A stretch of 59,122 nt of DNA, counting the filler. It is 9 parts of 9 records of this genome, joined end to end, with 100 filler letters (N's around TTAATTAATTAA, not from the genome) between each part and the next. Parts side by side here need not be neighbours in the genome. Positions count along the whole stretch, not along the records: positions 17,071 to 22,413 come from SRR31156797_119576; positions 22,514 to 28,430 come from SRR31156797_119691; positions 28,531 to 33,720 come from SRR31156797_120142; 6 more parts are not named here. One strand, written 5' to 3'. Positions 19,798-28,838 of this stretch are shown here, in pieces. Under the pieces are notes generated by a model. The model did not search any database, was not told the origin of the DNA, and was given only the letters and a program-made list of their open reading frames with translations. Both the position numbers and the translations under genes were made by a program. Position 1 is the first letter of the stretch; every line of letters begins with the position of its first letter.

Positions 19798-21096
19798 ATG
19801 AATCGTCTTCTGCGATATGCGATCGCTGTGATCGTCGTCGGACTATCCTCGGTGGCAACCGCCGGTTCCAGCAAATCACTGGCCGACGAGATTCGTGCCA
19901 ACCAGACCTTTCCGGCCGTGCTGGAGCGGGCCAGGAGTATTCTCAGGACGGGTCTGAACGCGGGCAGTGGCTACGGCGAAGTCTGGATTCGCGACCTGAA
20001 CACGTTCATCGAACTGGCGCTGGAGGTCCAGGACCCAGAGCAGATCCGTGATTCGCTGTTGATCTTCTTCCATTTCCAGGGCGCCGACGGCAGTATCATC
20101 GATGGCTACATTCCCGCCGAGAAGACCAGCGTGGACTACGAGTACTACCTGTCACCCGACATGCCCCAGTTGCGGGGACACAAGAACACGGTCGAGACCG
20201 ACCAGGAAGCATCCCTGGTACAGGCGATCGCCAAGTATGTGCGGACAACCGGGGACACATCAATCCTGCGCATGAAAGTCAACGGATTGAAGGTACTGGA
20301 CCGCCTGGAACTGACGCTGCGCTTTCTGCTGGAGCATCGCTACGACAAGACATACGGCCTGATCTGGGGCGCGACCACTTCCGACTGGGGTGACGTCCAG
20401 CCCGAACACGACTGGGGCGTGCGTCTCGACGAGAGCAGCCATCGCGCCATCGATATCTATGACAACGCCATGTTCGTCATCGCGATCAATGATTTCCTGG
20501 AGCTGATCGGTTCCGACTCGGCGCAGGCCGAAGAGTGGAAGAGCGTCGCGTCGCAGATCACAACCAACACGCGTAAGCATCTCTGGGATGCCGCACGGCA
20601 CAAGTATCGCCCCCACATCTATCTGGAAGGCTCGCCCTTCCCCGCCGACTTCGACGAGGAGCGCATCTACTATCACGGCGGCACCGCGACCGCCATCGAA
20701 GCCGGCATGCTGACCAAGGAGGAAATCCTGCTGGTCCTGGGCGATATGATCAACAACATGCGCTTCGCCGGCGCCGGGTCGATCGGCCTGACGGTCTATC
20801 CACCCTACCCAAAAGGCTATTACAAGAATCAGTCGATGGTGCCCTTCGGCTACCAGAACGGGGGCGACTGGACCTGGTTCGGGGGCCGCATGATCCAGCA
20901 GTTGATCGCCCACGGTTTCGTCGAGCAGGCCTACGAGCAGATGTTGCCGATGGTCGAGCGGGTCGAGCGTAACGACGGGTTTTTCGAGTGGTACACCGTC
21001 ACCAACGAACCGAAAGGCTCCGGCCTGTTCCGAGGCTCGGCCGGCGTGCTGGGCAAGGCAATTCTAATGTTTCAGGACTGGGCCGAGAAGCAGTGA
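19798..21096 (+). CDS. Secreted (alpha/alpha)6-barrel glycoside hydrolase, family uncertain
   Basis: Signal peptide; YGEVWIRD, DWGD, YQNGGDWTW, FFEWY motifs typical of inverting six-hairpin glycosidases. Confidence 0.75.
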   Translation: MNRLLRYAIAVIVVGLSSVATAGSSKSLADEIRANQTFPAVLERARSILRTGLNAGSGYGEVWIRDLNTFIELALEVQDPEQIRDSLLIFFHFQGADGSIIDGYIPAEKTSVDYEYYLSPDMPQLRGHKNTVETDQEASLVQAIAKYVRTTGDTSILRMKVNGLKVLDRLELTLRFLLEHRYDKTYGLIWGATTSDWGDVQPEHDWGVRLDESSHRAIDIYDNAMFVIAINDFLELIGSDSAQAEEWKSVASQITTNTRKHLWDAARHKYRPHIYLEGSPFPADFDEERIYYHGGTATAIEAGMLTKEEILLVLGDMINNMRFAGAGSIGLTVYPPYPKGYYKNQSMVPFGYQNGGDWTWFGGRMIQQLIAHGFVEQAYEQMLPMVERVERNDGFFEWYTVTNEPKGSGLFRGSAGVLGKAILMFQDWAEKQ

Positions 21097-22271
21097 GCGC
21101 TGCGCGCTGAATCGGCGGTTCGGTCCATCGTGAAAAGGCCGTCACTCGCGCCGGCGTGAGCTGACCCCCAGGGATAGCTCATCGCGTGCGTTTTGAACAG
21201 GCACCAGATGGGCTTGCCCGGATACAACTCGAGTTCGGTGGCCGAGACGTGGGTGACGTCGGCCAGCAGATCCATGCCGACATCGACACAACACAGCGTC
21301 CGGCTGTCGGTCCGGATGATCTTCTTGATCTGCCCGCGTAGTTGGTTGCGGGCCGAGACATACTCAACGGGTGCCAGTGAGACGATCACATCTTCGGGCC
21401 GAACGGTTGCCACCATCTCCTCCCCTGGCGGACAGGAATGAAGCGGCCCTTTGATCGAAGGCACACGACCATACGATGGCGTCTTGGGGCGTGCATGGGC
21501 AAACTCGAAGGCGGTCAACCCTTCACCGGCCTGATGTTCGACGACGCGGAGGCGCAGCATATTGGACAGTTCGTGACCCTGAAGCAAACGTACGACATCG
21601 GGCCGGTCGATCAACGTCGAGAATGCGCCACTGGCGCGCAGGCGGCCCGCTTCGACGAGCAGCAACGCATCCGTCAGATAGCGGATCTGGCCCAAACGAT
21701 GGCTGACGAGCATCATGGGCAAGTCCGTCTCCTGCCCGATGCGCTTCAGAAAGGGCAGCAACTGGGCCTCGCGACCGGCATCCAGGGCCGAGGCCGGTTC
21801 GTCGAGCAGCAGGAGGCGCGGTGCCGCCAGCAGCGTCCGCGCCAAGGCCACGCGCTGCCGCTCCCCGCCGGACAGATTCGGCGCACGGCGATCCAGCAGG
21901 TGACCCAATTCAAGAATCTCTGCAATCGCAGCGAGAGGTAGATTTTGCGAGCGCCTGGGCGCCAAGCGCCGGGCGAACTTCAGATTGCCCCGCACGCTGA
22001 GATGCGGAAAGAGCCGTGCATCCTGGAACACAAGCCCGACGCGCCGTTTATGGGGCGGCACGAAGATGCGCCGGTCCGTGTCGCACAGGGTCTTCCCATC
22101 CAGCACGATCCTGCCCCGATCGGGCCGCTCCAGCCCAGCCAGCAGATGGAGCAGTGTGGTCTTGCCGGAACCCGAGGGACCGAACAGACCCAAGGTCGTG
22201 ACATCGAGATGACAATCCATCTCCAGACGAAATCCCCGCCGGACTTTCTGTATGTCCATCTCAAGTAGCAT
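21072..22271 (-). CDS. modC: Molybdate ABC transporter ATP-binding protein
   Basis: GPSGSGKT, VFQDARLFPHLSV, LSGGERQR, LLLLDEP, C-terminal TOBE (SARNQL). Confidence 0.93.
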   Translation of the reverse strand: MLLEMDIQKVRRGFRLEMDCHLDVTTLGLFGPSGSGKTTLLHLLAGLERPDRGRIVLDGKTLCDTDRRIFVPPHKRRVGLVFQDARLFPHLSVRGNLKFARRLAPRRSQNLPLAAIAEILELGHLLDRRAPNLSGGERQRVALARTLLAAPRLLLLDEPASALDAGREAQLLPFLKRIGQETDLPMMLVSHRLGQIRYLTDALLLVEAGRLRASGAFSTLIDRPDVVRLLQGHELSNMLRLRVVEHQAGEGLTAFEFAHARPKTPSYGRVPSIKGPLHSCPPGEEMVATVRPEDVIVSLAPVEYVSARNQLRGQIKKIIRTDSRTLCCVDVGMDLLADVTHVSATELELYPGKPIWCLFKTHAMSYPWGSAHAGASDGLFTMDRTADSARSAHCFSAQS

Positions 22272-22413
22272 GGGTTGGCTCCAAATAGCGCTGGGCCCGC
22301 CTGGCCAGCACCTCCGACGCCATCACGGCGACCAGGGACACGACGATCGAGATCAGGACGAGCTTCCCTGCCAACTGCTCGCCGTGAGCGGTTTGCAGCG
22401 CTGAATAGATGGC
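22261..22413 (-). CDS. modB: Molybdate ABC permease, C-terminal fragment
   Basis: Manual translation AIYSALQTAHGEQLAGKLVLISIVVSLVAVMASEVLARRAQRYLEPTHAT*; overlaps the modC start. Confidence 0.8.
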   Translation of the reverse strand, partial: AIYSALQTAHGEQLAGKLVLISIVVSLVAVMASEVLARRAQRYLEPTHAT

Positions 22414-22513
22414 NNNNNNNNNNNNNNNNNNNNNNNNNNNNNNNNNNNNNNNNNNNNTTAATTAATTAANNNNNNNNNNNNNNNNNNNNNNNNNNNNNNN
22501 NNNNNNNNNNNNN
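22414..22513. other. Artificial contig spacer
   Basis: N44-TTAATTAATTAA-N44. Confidence 0.98.
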
Positions 22514-23126
22514 CCGTTCCCACCGCCACCATGAATGTCTCGGGCCGGCCCAAAAGCCGCGCCGCCAGTTTCTGATTGACAATGTGCTGGATGCAGCCGC
22601 TTATCTCGGTTGGCCCGGCGGATTCAATAAGATGCCCGAAGGTTTCTTCCAGAATGGGGCCGCAGAGGCCGTCCAACAGAGGCTCCTTTAAATAAGCCAT
22701 GCACATTGACTGGTGATATTTTTCATCCACAGTTATGTCCGGGCTCATTATGCAAAAGGGCTTTTCACGGTCTTCGACCTGACGGTGCTTGAAGACGCGC
22801 GCGTCCTTGCCCCCGCCCACAATGTACTGGTCGTTGGCCATGTACAAGGCTTCTTTGATCTCTTCATCCGTAACCGTTATTATGCGATGGCTGTCTGTGT
22901 TGTAATACCCCACGTCCCGAAACAGTTCCCAGGCCGCCTGCCAAATCCGGTCGGCCATATCATCGTCGGCGGGGCAGGGCGTGTTGGGGTCGTATTTGAT
23001 TTCATATTTTTTAATCAGTTTTTTTAAGGTCGGATAAAAGCGCTTGGGCAAAAAATCTTCTTCGTCCATTAAAGGGCCGGTCTTTGACCTCTCAAGAATT
23101 TCCCACATCCTGTAAGCGGTAGACAT
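22514..23126 (-). CDS. MtmB-family methylamine:corrinoid methyltransferase homologue lacking pyrrolysine (3' truncated)
   Basis: Collinear with MtmB N-half as I recall it: R...G....E.DF, KKYEI, P.DDDM.D, G.YNTDSHRI...DEEI..A, G.GKDA, GPTE, GRP. Pyl position reads GTG (Val). Confidence 0.85.
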
Positions 23127-23190
23127 AATCTATCTCCTGGTTGAAAAAGCGCTTGCGGCAGGCATAAGCCGAAGGCTTTCTGTTCCAAAG

Positions 23191-23823
23191 TTATTGTTTG
23201 AGCAATTCCGTCATCAGTTCGGGAGCGGACTTGGCTTCGCGAACATAAAGGTCGGCCCCGATCTTGTCGGCCCACATCTGGGATGTTGGAGCGCCGCCGA
23301 TGACCACCTTGTACTTGTCCCGAATGCCTTTGTCCTTGAGCATTTCAATGATTTCCTTCTGACGGGGCATAGTTGTGGTCATAAGGGATGAAGAGGCTAT
23401 AAAATCCGCGCCCATGGCCTCGGCTTCCTTGATAAAACTCAGGGAGTCAACATCGTAGCCCAGGTCCTTGACTTCAAAACCGCTCGTTTCCAATATCAGT
23501 TTAGTAATGTTTTTGCCGATTTCGTGGAGATCGCCCTTGACCACGCCCAAAATCACCTTGCCCTTGATCTGGCGGCCGCCGGCGGCATCCAGGTACGGCC
23601 CCAATACTTCGACAACGGCCGTGAGCGCCTCGCCGGCGGACATTATCTCCGGCAAAAAGATTTCCAGCTTGGAAAACTGATCGCCTACGTATTCCATGGT
23701 TTTGGTCATGGCGTCAATTACCTGGTGGGGGTTGGCGCCGTTTTCCAACATTGTTTTGGTTAGGGCTTCCGCCTCTTCGGTTTCCCCGTCTTCAACTAGT
23801 TTGCTTAATTCTTCCAGGGACAT
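23191..23823 (-). CDS. Methyltransferase corrinoid protein (MtmC/MttC-like)
   Basis: Cap domain (VGDQF...IFLPEI), B12-binding DxHxxG (GDLHEIGKN), SSLMTTT, IGGAP. Confidence 0.93.
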   Translation of the reverse strand: MSLEELSKLVEDGETEEAEALTKTMLENGANPHQVIDAMTKTMEYVGDQFSKLEIFLPEIMSAGEALTAVVEVLGPYLDAAGGRQIKGKVILGVVKGDLHEIGKNITKLILETSGFEVKDLGYDVDSLSFIKEAEAMGADFIASSSLMTTTMPRQKEIIEMLKDKGIRDKYKVVIGGAPTSQMWADKIGADLYVREAKSAPELMTELLKQ

Positions 23824-23868
23824 GTTCTATCCTTTCTTGAAAATGGCAATAAAACTGATTGACTAAAC

Positions 23869-23918
23869 TGTATATACAACTTTAACATACCAATATTTAA
23901 GTAAGGTCTCCGTGTCAA
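23869..23918 (-). promoter_or_regulatory. Putative promoter with GntR-type operator for the corrinoid/methyltransferase operon
   Basis: TTGACA at 23918-23913 (-10 weak) and perfect palindrome TGTATATACA at 23869-23878. Confidence 0.5.
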
Positions 23919-24312
23919 GAATTTTTTGCTGTTAATTGTAAAGTTTTGGAGTTTGCCGGGGATTATAGCCGACCTTGTTCTTCCATGACAAGAAATGTCC
24001 TTAAAGGTCTGTCTTAAAATACAAACCAAAAAATGCATCTTCCGGCGCCATGATATGGACGCCTGGAGATAGTTGGTTTCCGCGTTAGACGACATAAATG
24101 AAATCAAAAATAAAAACTAATTATAACAGTACGATATGTGAACAATACTCGCTGGTGTATCTCGGGGGTGCGGTGATGGAACGATAATATTTACTACCTA
24201 AGGACAGACGTAGTCCAGTGAGGATACTCGAAAAGTTAAAACGCAACAAGAAGTCAGGGGACGGCGCCAAGCTTCCCGGCGTCATAATGTTAATAAATTG
24301 CGATGTTATGAC

Positions 24313-24342
24313 TTGACACAAATATGTTACAAGCTGTATAGA
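24313..24342 (+). promoter_or_regulatory. Putative sigma70 promoter of the oxidoreductase operon
   Basis: TTGACA-N18-TATAGA; inverted repeat GTCATAA...TTATGAC (24281-24312) abuts the -35. Confidence 0.45.
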
Positions 24343-24501
24343 CAAGGTAGCGTCGCCGGACTCAGGGGTCAAGACCGTCCGGAATGGAATTGTGTCGCCG
24401 TGAAAACTACTTTTTGGCGCATGTTAAATGTGCAATTACTCAGCCGGATGCGGCATTTACCGCGGGCTTTTGAACCTATTGAGCCTTAGGAGGGCCCCCA
24501 T

Positions 24502-25770
24502 ATGAACATGGTCATTATTGGCAATGGCGCCGGAGGATTGGCCGCTCTGGAAGCCATACGAAAACATGACCAGGCAAGTTCAATTACTGTCATCAGTAAA
24601 GAGTCCCAAAAACCTTATTCAAGGGTTCTCCTTCCATATTGGCTTACTCGAAAAACAACCTGGGACAATATGTTTATCAGGGAAGACGACTATTTCGAAA
24701 CCCTGAACGCGGTATGTCTCCAAACCGAAGCCGTTAAAGTCGACCCAAAAACCAAAAAAGTTCTACTCGCGGATGGAAACAATCTTTCTTACGATCGCTT
24801 GCTGATCGCATCGGGCTCCTCGCCTGTTAAACCCCCCATACCTGGCCTTGACGGCGACAGAGTTCTTCACTTGTGGGACCTGGATGACGCAGCCCGTTTG
24901 GACGCCTTGTTTGATAAAGGCGGCCGGGCCCTGGTCATAGGCTCGGGATTTGTAGCCCTGCAGGCGGCCTGGGCCGCTATTAAACGGGGTTTGGACGTAT
25001 CGATAGTTGAGATCATGCAGCGCATTCTGCCGACAGTGCTTGATGATTCCGCAGCCCGGCTGCTGGCCGACAAGATAGTCGACGCGGGTGCGGATTTGAG
25101 GGTGAAGACCATTTGCGAAAAGATCGATCACGATCCGGATGGTGGGTTGTGCGCACATCTGGCCGGAGGCGAATCAATAAAAGCGGATTTAATAATAGTA
25201 GGGGCCGGCGCCAGGCCGAATATTGATTTTCTCAAGGATTCAGACATTGCCGTTGACCGCGGCGTTTTGGTCAATGACCGCATGGAAACGAGCCTCGAAG
25301 GCGTCTATGCCGTGGGCGACGCAGCCCAGGGACCTTCCTTCCTGGATAACGAACCGGTGGTTTACGCCCTTTGGCCGACCGCTGTCGAAATGGGCGCTGT
25401 CGCCGGCGCAAACATGGCCGGCCAGGCTGTTTCGTACAGCGGTGCATTCAATATGAATGTCACCCAGTTTTTTGACGTCACTGTCGCCTCCATGGGCGAT
25501 TTCATTGAATCCGTGGGCGACGAAGTCTGGTTGGATCACGGTCTCCCTGAAGGCCAATACTTTAAGATCGTACTGCGCAACAGAACTATCAGGGGCGCTG
25601 TCGCAGTCGGCGATTCGACTTTGACCGCAACTTTCGGAATGCTCAATCCATTAATCAGGGGCAGGGTGAAACTGGATCGCGACCCGAGTTTTTGCAAAAA
25701 CATAATGGCCCAAAACCTGGCCGAGCATTATCAGCTTTTTGCCAAGCGGTTGTCTATGTGCGGGAAGTAA
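24502..25770 (+). CDS. NAD(P)/FAD-dependent oxidoreductase (NirB N-terminal/AorC-like)
   Basis: VIIGNGAGG, PYSR, YDRLLIASGS, VIGSGFV, YAVGD; AGGAGG RBS. Confidence 0.92.
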   Translation: MNMVIIGNGAGGLAALEAIRKHDQASSITVISKESQKPYSRVLLPYWLTRKTTWDNMFIREDDYFETLNAVCLQTEAVKVDPKTKKVLLADGNNLSYDRLLIASGSSPVKPPIPGLDGDRVLHLWDLDDAARLDALFDKGGRALVIGSGFVALQAAWAAIKRGLDVSIVEIMQRILPTVLDDSAARLLADKIVDAGADLRVKTICEKIDHDPDGGLCAHLAGGESIKADLIIVGAGARPNIDFLKDSDIAVDRGVLVNDRMETSLEGVYAVGDAAQGPSFLDNEPVVYALWPTAVEMGAVAGANMAGQAVSYSGAFNMNVTQFFDVTVASMGDFIESVGDEVWLDHGLPEGQYFKIVLRNRTIRGAVAVGDSTLTATFGMLNPLIRGRVKLDRDPSFCKNIMAQNLAEHYQLFAKRLSMCGK

Positions 25771-25843
25771 GTCATGCCAGGACGGCTCGGACTCTACAGA
25801 AGTAATTACACCGGTGTAATCAGGATTTAACAAGGAGCCTTTC

Positions 25844-26323
25844 ATGCAATTTATTACCATGGACTTAAGTAAATGCATTGTTTGCAGAAATTGCGAATAT
25901 GCCTGTGCTTACGTCCATGGGGGCGACTTTAACCGGAGCAACTCAAATATCCGGGTGGAATACTACGCAGAAGCAAAGATCTGTCTGCCCATGACCTGCC
26001 TGCAATGCCAGGACGCCTGGTGCCTGGAAGTCTGTCCGGCCGCTGCCATCACCAAAAATCCCCAAAGCGGCGCCGTGGAAATAAACCAGGATCGTTGCGT
26101 CGGCTGTAAAATGTGCATCTTGTACTGCCCTTTTGGTAACATTCATTTCGACGACTTGAACCAGGTCAGCCGTAAATGCGACCTCTGCAACGGCGAACCT
26201 CAATGCGTCGCTCATTGCATATCCGGAGCGCTTAACTATGTAGGCGCTGAAGATTCAAACCAAAACAACCGGGAGGCCTTTAAGAAATTCATCGAAAGCA
26301 TGGCGGACGAAAACGGCGGCTGA
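25844..26323 (+). CDS. 4Fe-4S dicluster electron-transfer protein (CooF/HydN/AorA-like)
   Basis: Four Cys clusters: CIVCRNCEYAC, CLQCQDAWCLEVCP, CVGCKMCILYCP, KCDLC...CVAHC. Confidence 0.93.
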   Translation: MQFITMDLSKCIVCRNCEYACAYVHGGDFNRSNSNIRVEYYAEAKICLPMTCLQCQDAWCLEVCPAAAITKNPQSGAVEINQDRCVGCKMCILYCPFGNIHFDDLNQVSRKCDLCNGEPQCVAHCISGALNYVGAEDSNQNNREAFKKFIESMADENGG

Positions 26324-26351
26324 TTAGACAAAGCATAGCGGAGCAGCGAAA

Positions 26352-28409
26352 ATGAACTCAGACCACGGCGGAATCGAAATATACAACTCCCTTTGTCGTA
26401 TGTGCGACGACCATTGCGGCATTAAAGTAAAAGTGCAGGACGGCCGCGTGGTGGACATACAAGCCCTGGAAAATCATCCATGGAACAGAGGCCGGCTGTG
26501 CGTTAAAGGCGGCATGGGAGTCGACCAGGTAAACGCCCCCGACCGGCTGTTAAAGCCCTTGAAAAAAAAGGGCCGCGATTGGATGGAAATCCCTCTTGAA
26601 CAGGCTCTCGATGAAATCGCCGAACGGATAATACACCTTCAGAAAAAATACGGCGACCGGGCCGTGGGGCTTTGGAAAGGGGAAGCCGTGGGTTTTCAGA
26701 CCCAGGAAGGTCTGGCCCGGCGCTTTATTCATGCAATCGGTTCTCCAAATTATTTTTCAAACGACACCCAGTGCATGCTCGGGCGATGGATCGGATATCG
26801 CCTCGTTGCCGGCGTATGGCCCAGGCCTGATTTTTCCGAATCCAAATGCATGGTCTTTTGGGGGGCCAACCCGCCCCACGCGCATCCTAACATGTCTCAG
26901 CACATAATGGACGGCCGGGACAAGGGCGGCAAGATAATCGTTATTGATTCCAGGTTTTCCGCCATAGCCCGCCAGGCGGACGTCTTCCTGCAGGTCCTTC
27001 CGGGAACTGACGGGGCCATGGCCCTGGGGCTGGCCCGGGAATTGATCAATATCGGTTGTATAGACAAAGAATTTATTGATAATTATTGCGTCGGGTACGA
27101 ACAATACGAATCATACGTCGAATCCTTTACTCCGCAACGGGTCGAAAAAGAAACCGGCATTCCCTCTATAATGGTTGAAAAAGTCGCCAAAATGATGGCT
27201 GACGCAGCTCCCAGGGTGACTAATTACGTGGGCAACGGCCTTGAACATCATGAAAACGGTGTGAACAACGTCCGGGCCATTGCCTGTTTGGACGGCCTTT
27301 TGGGCAGCCTGGACGTCAGCGGCGGCGGCTTTATTTCCGAATGCCCCAAGCTAAGGGAATTAACCCTTTATGAAGAAAAGCCATTACTGCACCTTGGACC
27401 GATTGGCGCTGACAAGTATCCGGTTTTATATGATTTGCGCAAGGAATGCCACACTCTGACCGCCATGGACGTCATGCTGACCGGAAAACCCTATCCTTTA
27501 AAAGGCATGATCATAACCGGCGCCAACCCCGCCTTGACCAATGCCAATACCAAAAAGGTTATACCCGCCCTCAAGTCGCTTGATCTGCTTGTTTCGAGAG
27601 AGCTCTGGATGACGGAAACTTCCAGGTTGGCCGACTACATTCTGCCCGCGGCCACTTACCTGGAACATTCCGAATTGCATTGCCACGACCAATATCAGAT
27701 TCTCGGCCTGACCCCTAAAATAGTATCTTTTCCCGATTGCCAGGGAGACTACATGTTTTACAGAAGCCTGGCTGTCCGGTTGGGAGTCGAAGGATACTTC
27801 CCCTGGGAAACGGAAGATGAACTTAACAACTGGCTTTTGGAGGATACGGGAATAACCCGGGAAATGCTTTTCGCCGCCCCGGCAGGTTATAAATACAAGA
27901 CCAGGGAATACCGAAAATATCGGACCGAAAAGCTGAATACGCCCAGTGGTAAATTCGAGTTCGCTTCGGAATACATCCGCGATCTGGGATACCAGCATCT
28001 GCCGGAATACTTCCCGCCCGCGTATAAAACAACCCGCGATCCCGAATATCCGTTTGTACTCATTACCGGGGCGCGCAAGGTGGTTTACTGTCATGGACGG
28101 TATCGCAACTTCGCTCGCAGCAGAACCGCGATTCCCAATCCGGAAATAGAAATACACCCGGCCGATGCAGACAAGCTTGGCGTCAAATCCGGAGATATCG
28201 TAACGGTAACTTCATGGGTCGGATCAGTGGACATTCCCGTTCAGGTGATGGAGCCTCGTGAAATTATGCCCGGTGTGGTTCACGTCACTCACGGCTGGCA
28301 GGAAGCCAACATCAACCTAATCACTCCCGACGACCGCAACGACCCCATCAACGGCTTTCCCCTGCTTAAAGCAGTGCCCGTTCAGATTGTCGCCAAGAGC
28401 GTATCTTAG
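26352..28409 (+). CDS. Cytoplasmic Mo/W-bis-PGD enzyme (DMSO reductase superfamily, acetylene-hydratase-like group)
   Basis: CRMCDDHC...LCVKG cluster, GSPN...QC metal-ligand Cys, PGTDGA, ADYILPAATYLE, TPSGKFE, IHPADA; no Tat leader. Confidence 0.9.
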   Translation: MNSDHGGIEIYNSLCRMCDDHCGIKVKVQDGRVVDIQALENHPWNRGRLCVKGGMGVDQVNAPDRLLKPLKKKGRDWMEIPLEQALDEIAERIIHLQKKYGDRAVGLWKGEAVGFQTQEGLARRFIHAIGSPNYFSNDTQCMLGRWIGYRLVAGVWPRPDFSESKCMVFWGANPPHAHPNMSQHIMDGRDKGGKIIVIDSRFSAIARQADVFLQVLPGTDGAMALGLARELINIGCIDKEFIDNYCVGYEQYESYVESFTPQRVEKETGIPSIMVEKVAKMMADAAPRVTNYVGNGLEHHENGVNNVRAIACLDGLLGSLDVSGGGFISECPKLRELTLYEEKPLLHLGPIGADKYPVLYDLRKECHTLTAMDVMLTGKPYPLKGMIITGANPALTNANTKKVIPALKSLDLLVSRELWMTETSRLADYILPAATYLEHSELHCHDQYQILGLTPKIVSFPDCQGDYMFYRSLAVRLGVEGYFPWETEDELNNWLLEDTGITREMLFAAPAGYKYKTREYRKYRTEKLNTPSGKFEFASEYIRDLGYQHLPEYFPPAYKTTRDPEYPFVLITGARKVVYCHGRYRNFARSRTAIPNPEIEIHPADADKLGVKSGDIVTVTSWVGSVDIPVQVMEPREIMPGVVHVTHGWQEANINLITPDDRNDPINGFPLLKAVPVQIVAKSVS

Positions 28410-28430
28410 ATTTTTTTACGTTAATAATCC

Positions 28431-28530
28431 NNNNNNNNNNNNNNNNNNNNNNNNNNNNNNNNNNNNNNNNNNNNTTAATTAATTAANNNNNNNNNNNNNN
28501 NNNNNNNNNNNNNNNNNNNNNNNNNNNNNN
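28431..28530. other. Artificial contig spacer
   Basis: N44-TTAATTAATTAA-N44. Confidence 0.98.
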
Positions 28531-28616
28531 GTATAACCAGGGCCGGGAGCTGGCAGGAAAGCTACTTGATCTCATGGATGCTGAGAATTTCGAATTGGTT
28601 GGATAGGGAGTAAAGA

Positions 28617-28838
28617 ATGAATCGAAAGACAGGAAAGAAATTAAAGGAATCGATCTACATCGCCCCGGAGGTGAAGGCTGCCGGACTGGAAGCGGCGAAG
28701 AGGACGAATCGGTCCTGGTCTCAATTCGTTGAGACGGCCGTTATAACAGAGATAAATCGAAGGGATAAGACCTTAATCCCGGAGGCCGTGAAGTCCATTC
28801 TCCGGCACCGGATGAGCGCCTCACAGGGGGAAAAATGA
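28617..28838 (+). CDS. Small DNA-binding protein, ribbon-helix-helix-like
   Basis: KESIYIAPEV...AAKRTNRSWSQFVETAV strand-helix-helix pattern; GGGAG RBS. Confidence 0.65.
   Translation: MNRKTGKKLKESIYIAPEVKAAGLEAAKRTNRSWSQFVETAVITEINRRDKTLIPEAVKSILRHRMSASQGEK

Noticed and set aside
23824-24501. tRNA-Pyl, Moco riboswitch or sigma54 promoter in the divergent region
   Set aside because: No cloverleaf with a CUA anticodon, no Moco consensus, and TTGGCGC...TGC at 24414-24433 lacks GG-N10-GC spacing.
21072-28409. modBC supplying molybdate to the nearby Mo/W enzyme
   Set aside because: The genes are on different contigs separated by a spacer and differ in composition.
26352-28409. Selenocysteine recoding, or identity as true acetylene hydratase or formate dehydrogenase
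   Set aside because: The ORF is uninterrupted with Cys (TGC) at the ligand position; the acetylene hydratase pocket residues and the FDH C/U-H motif are not evident.
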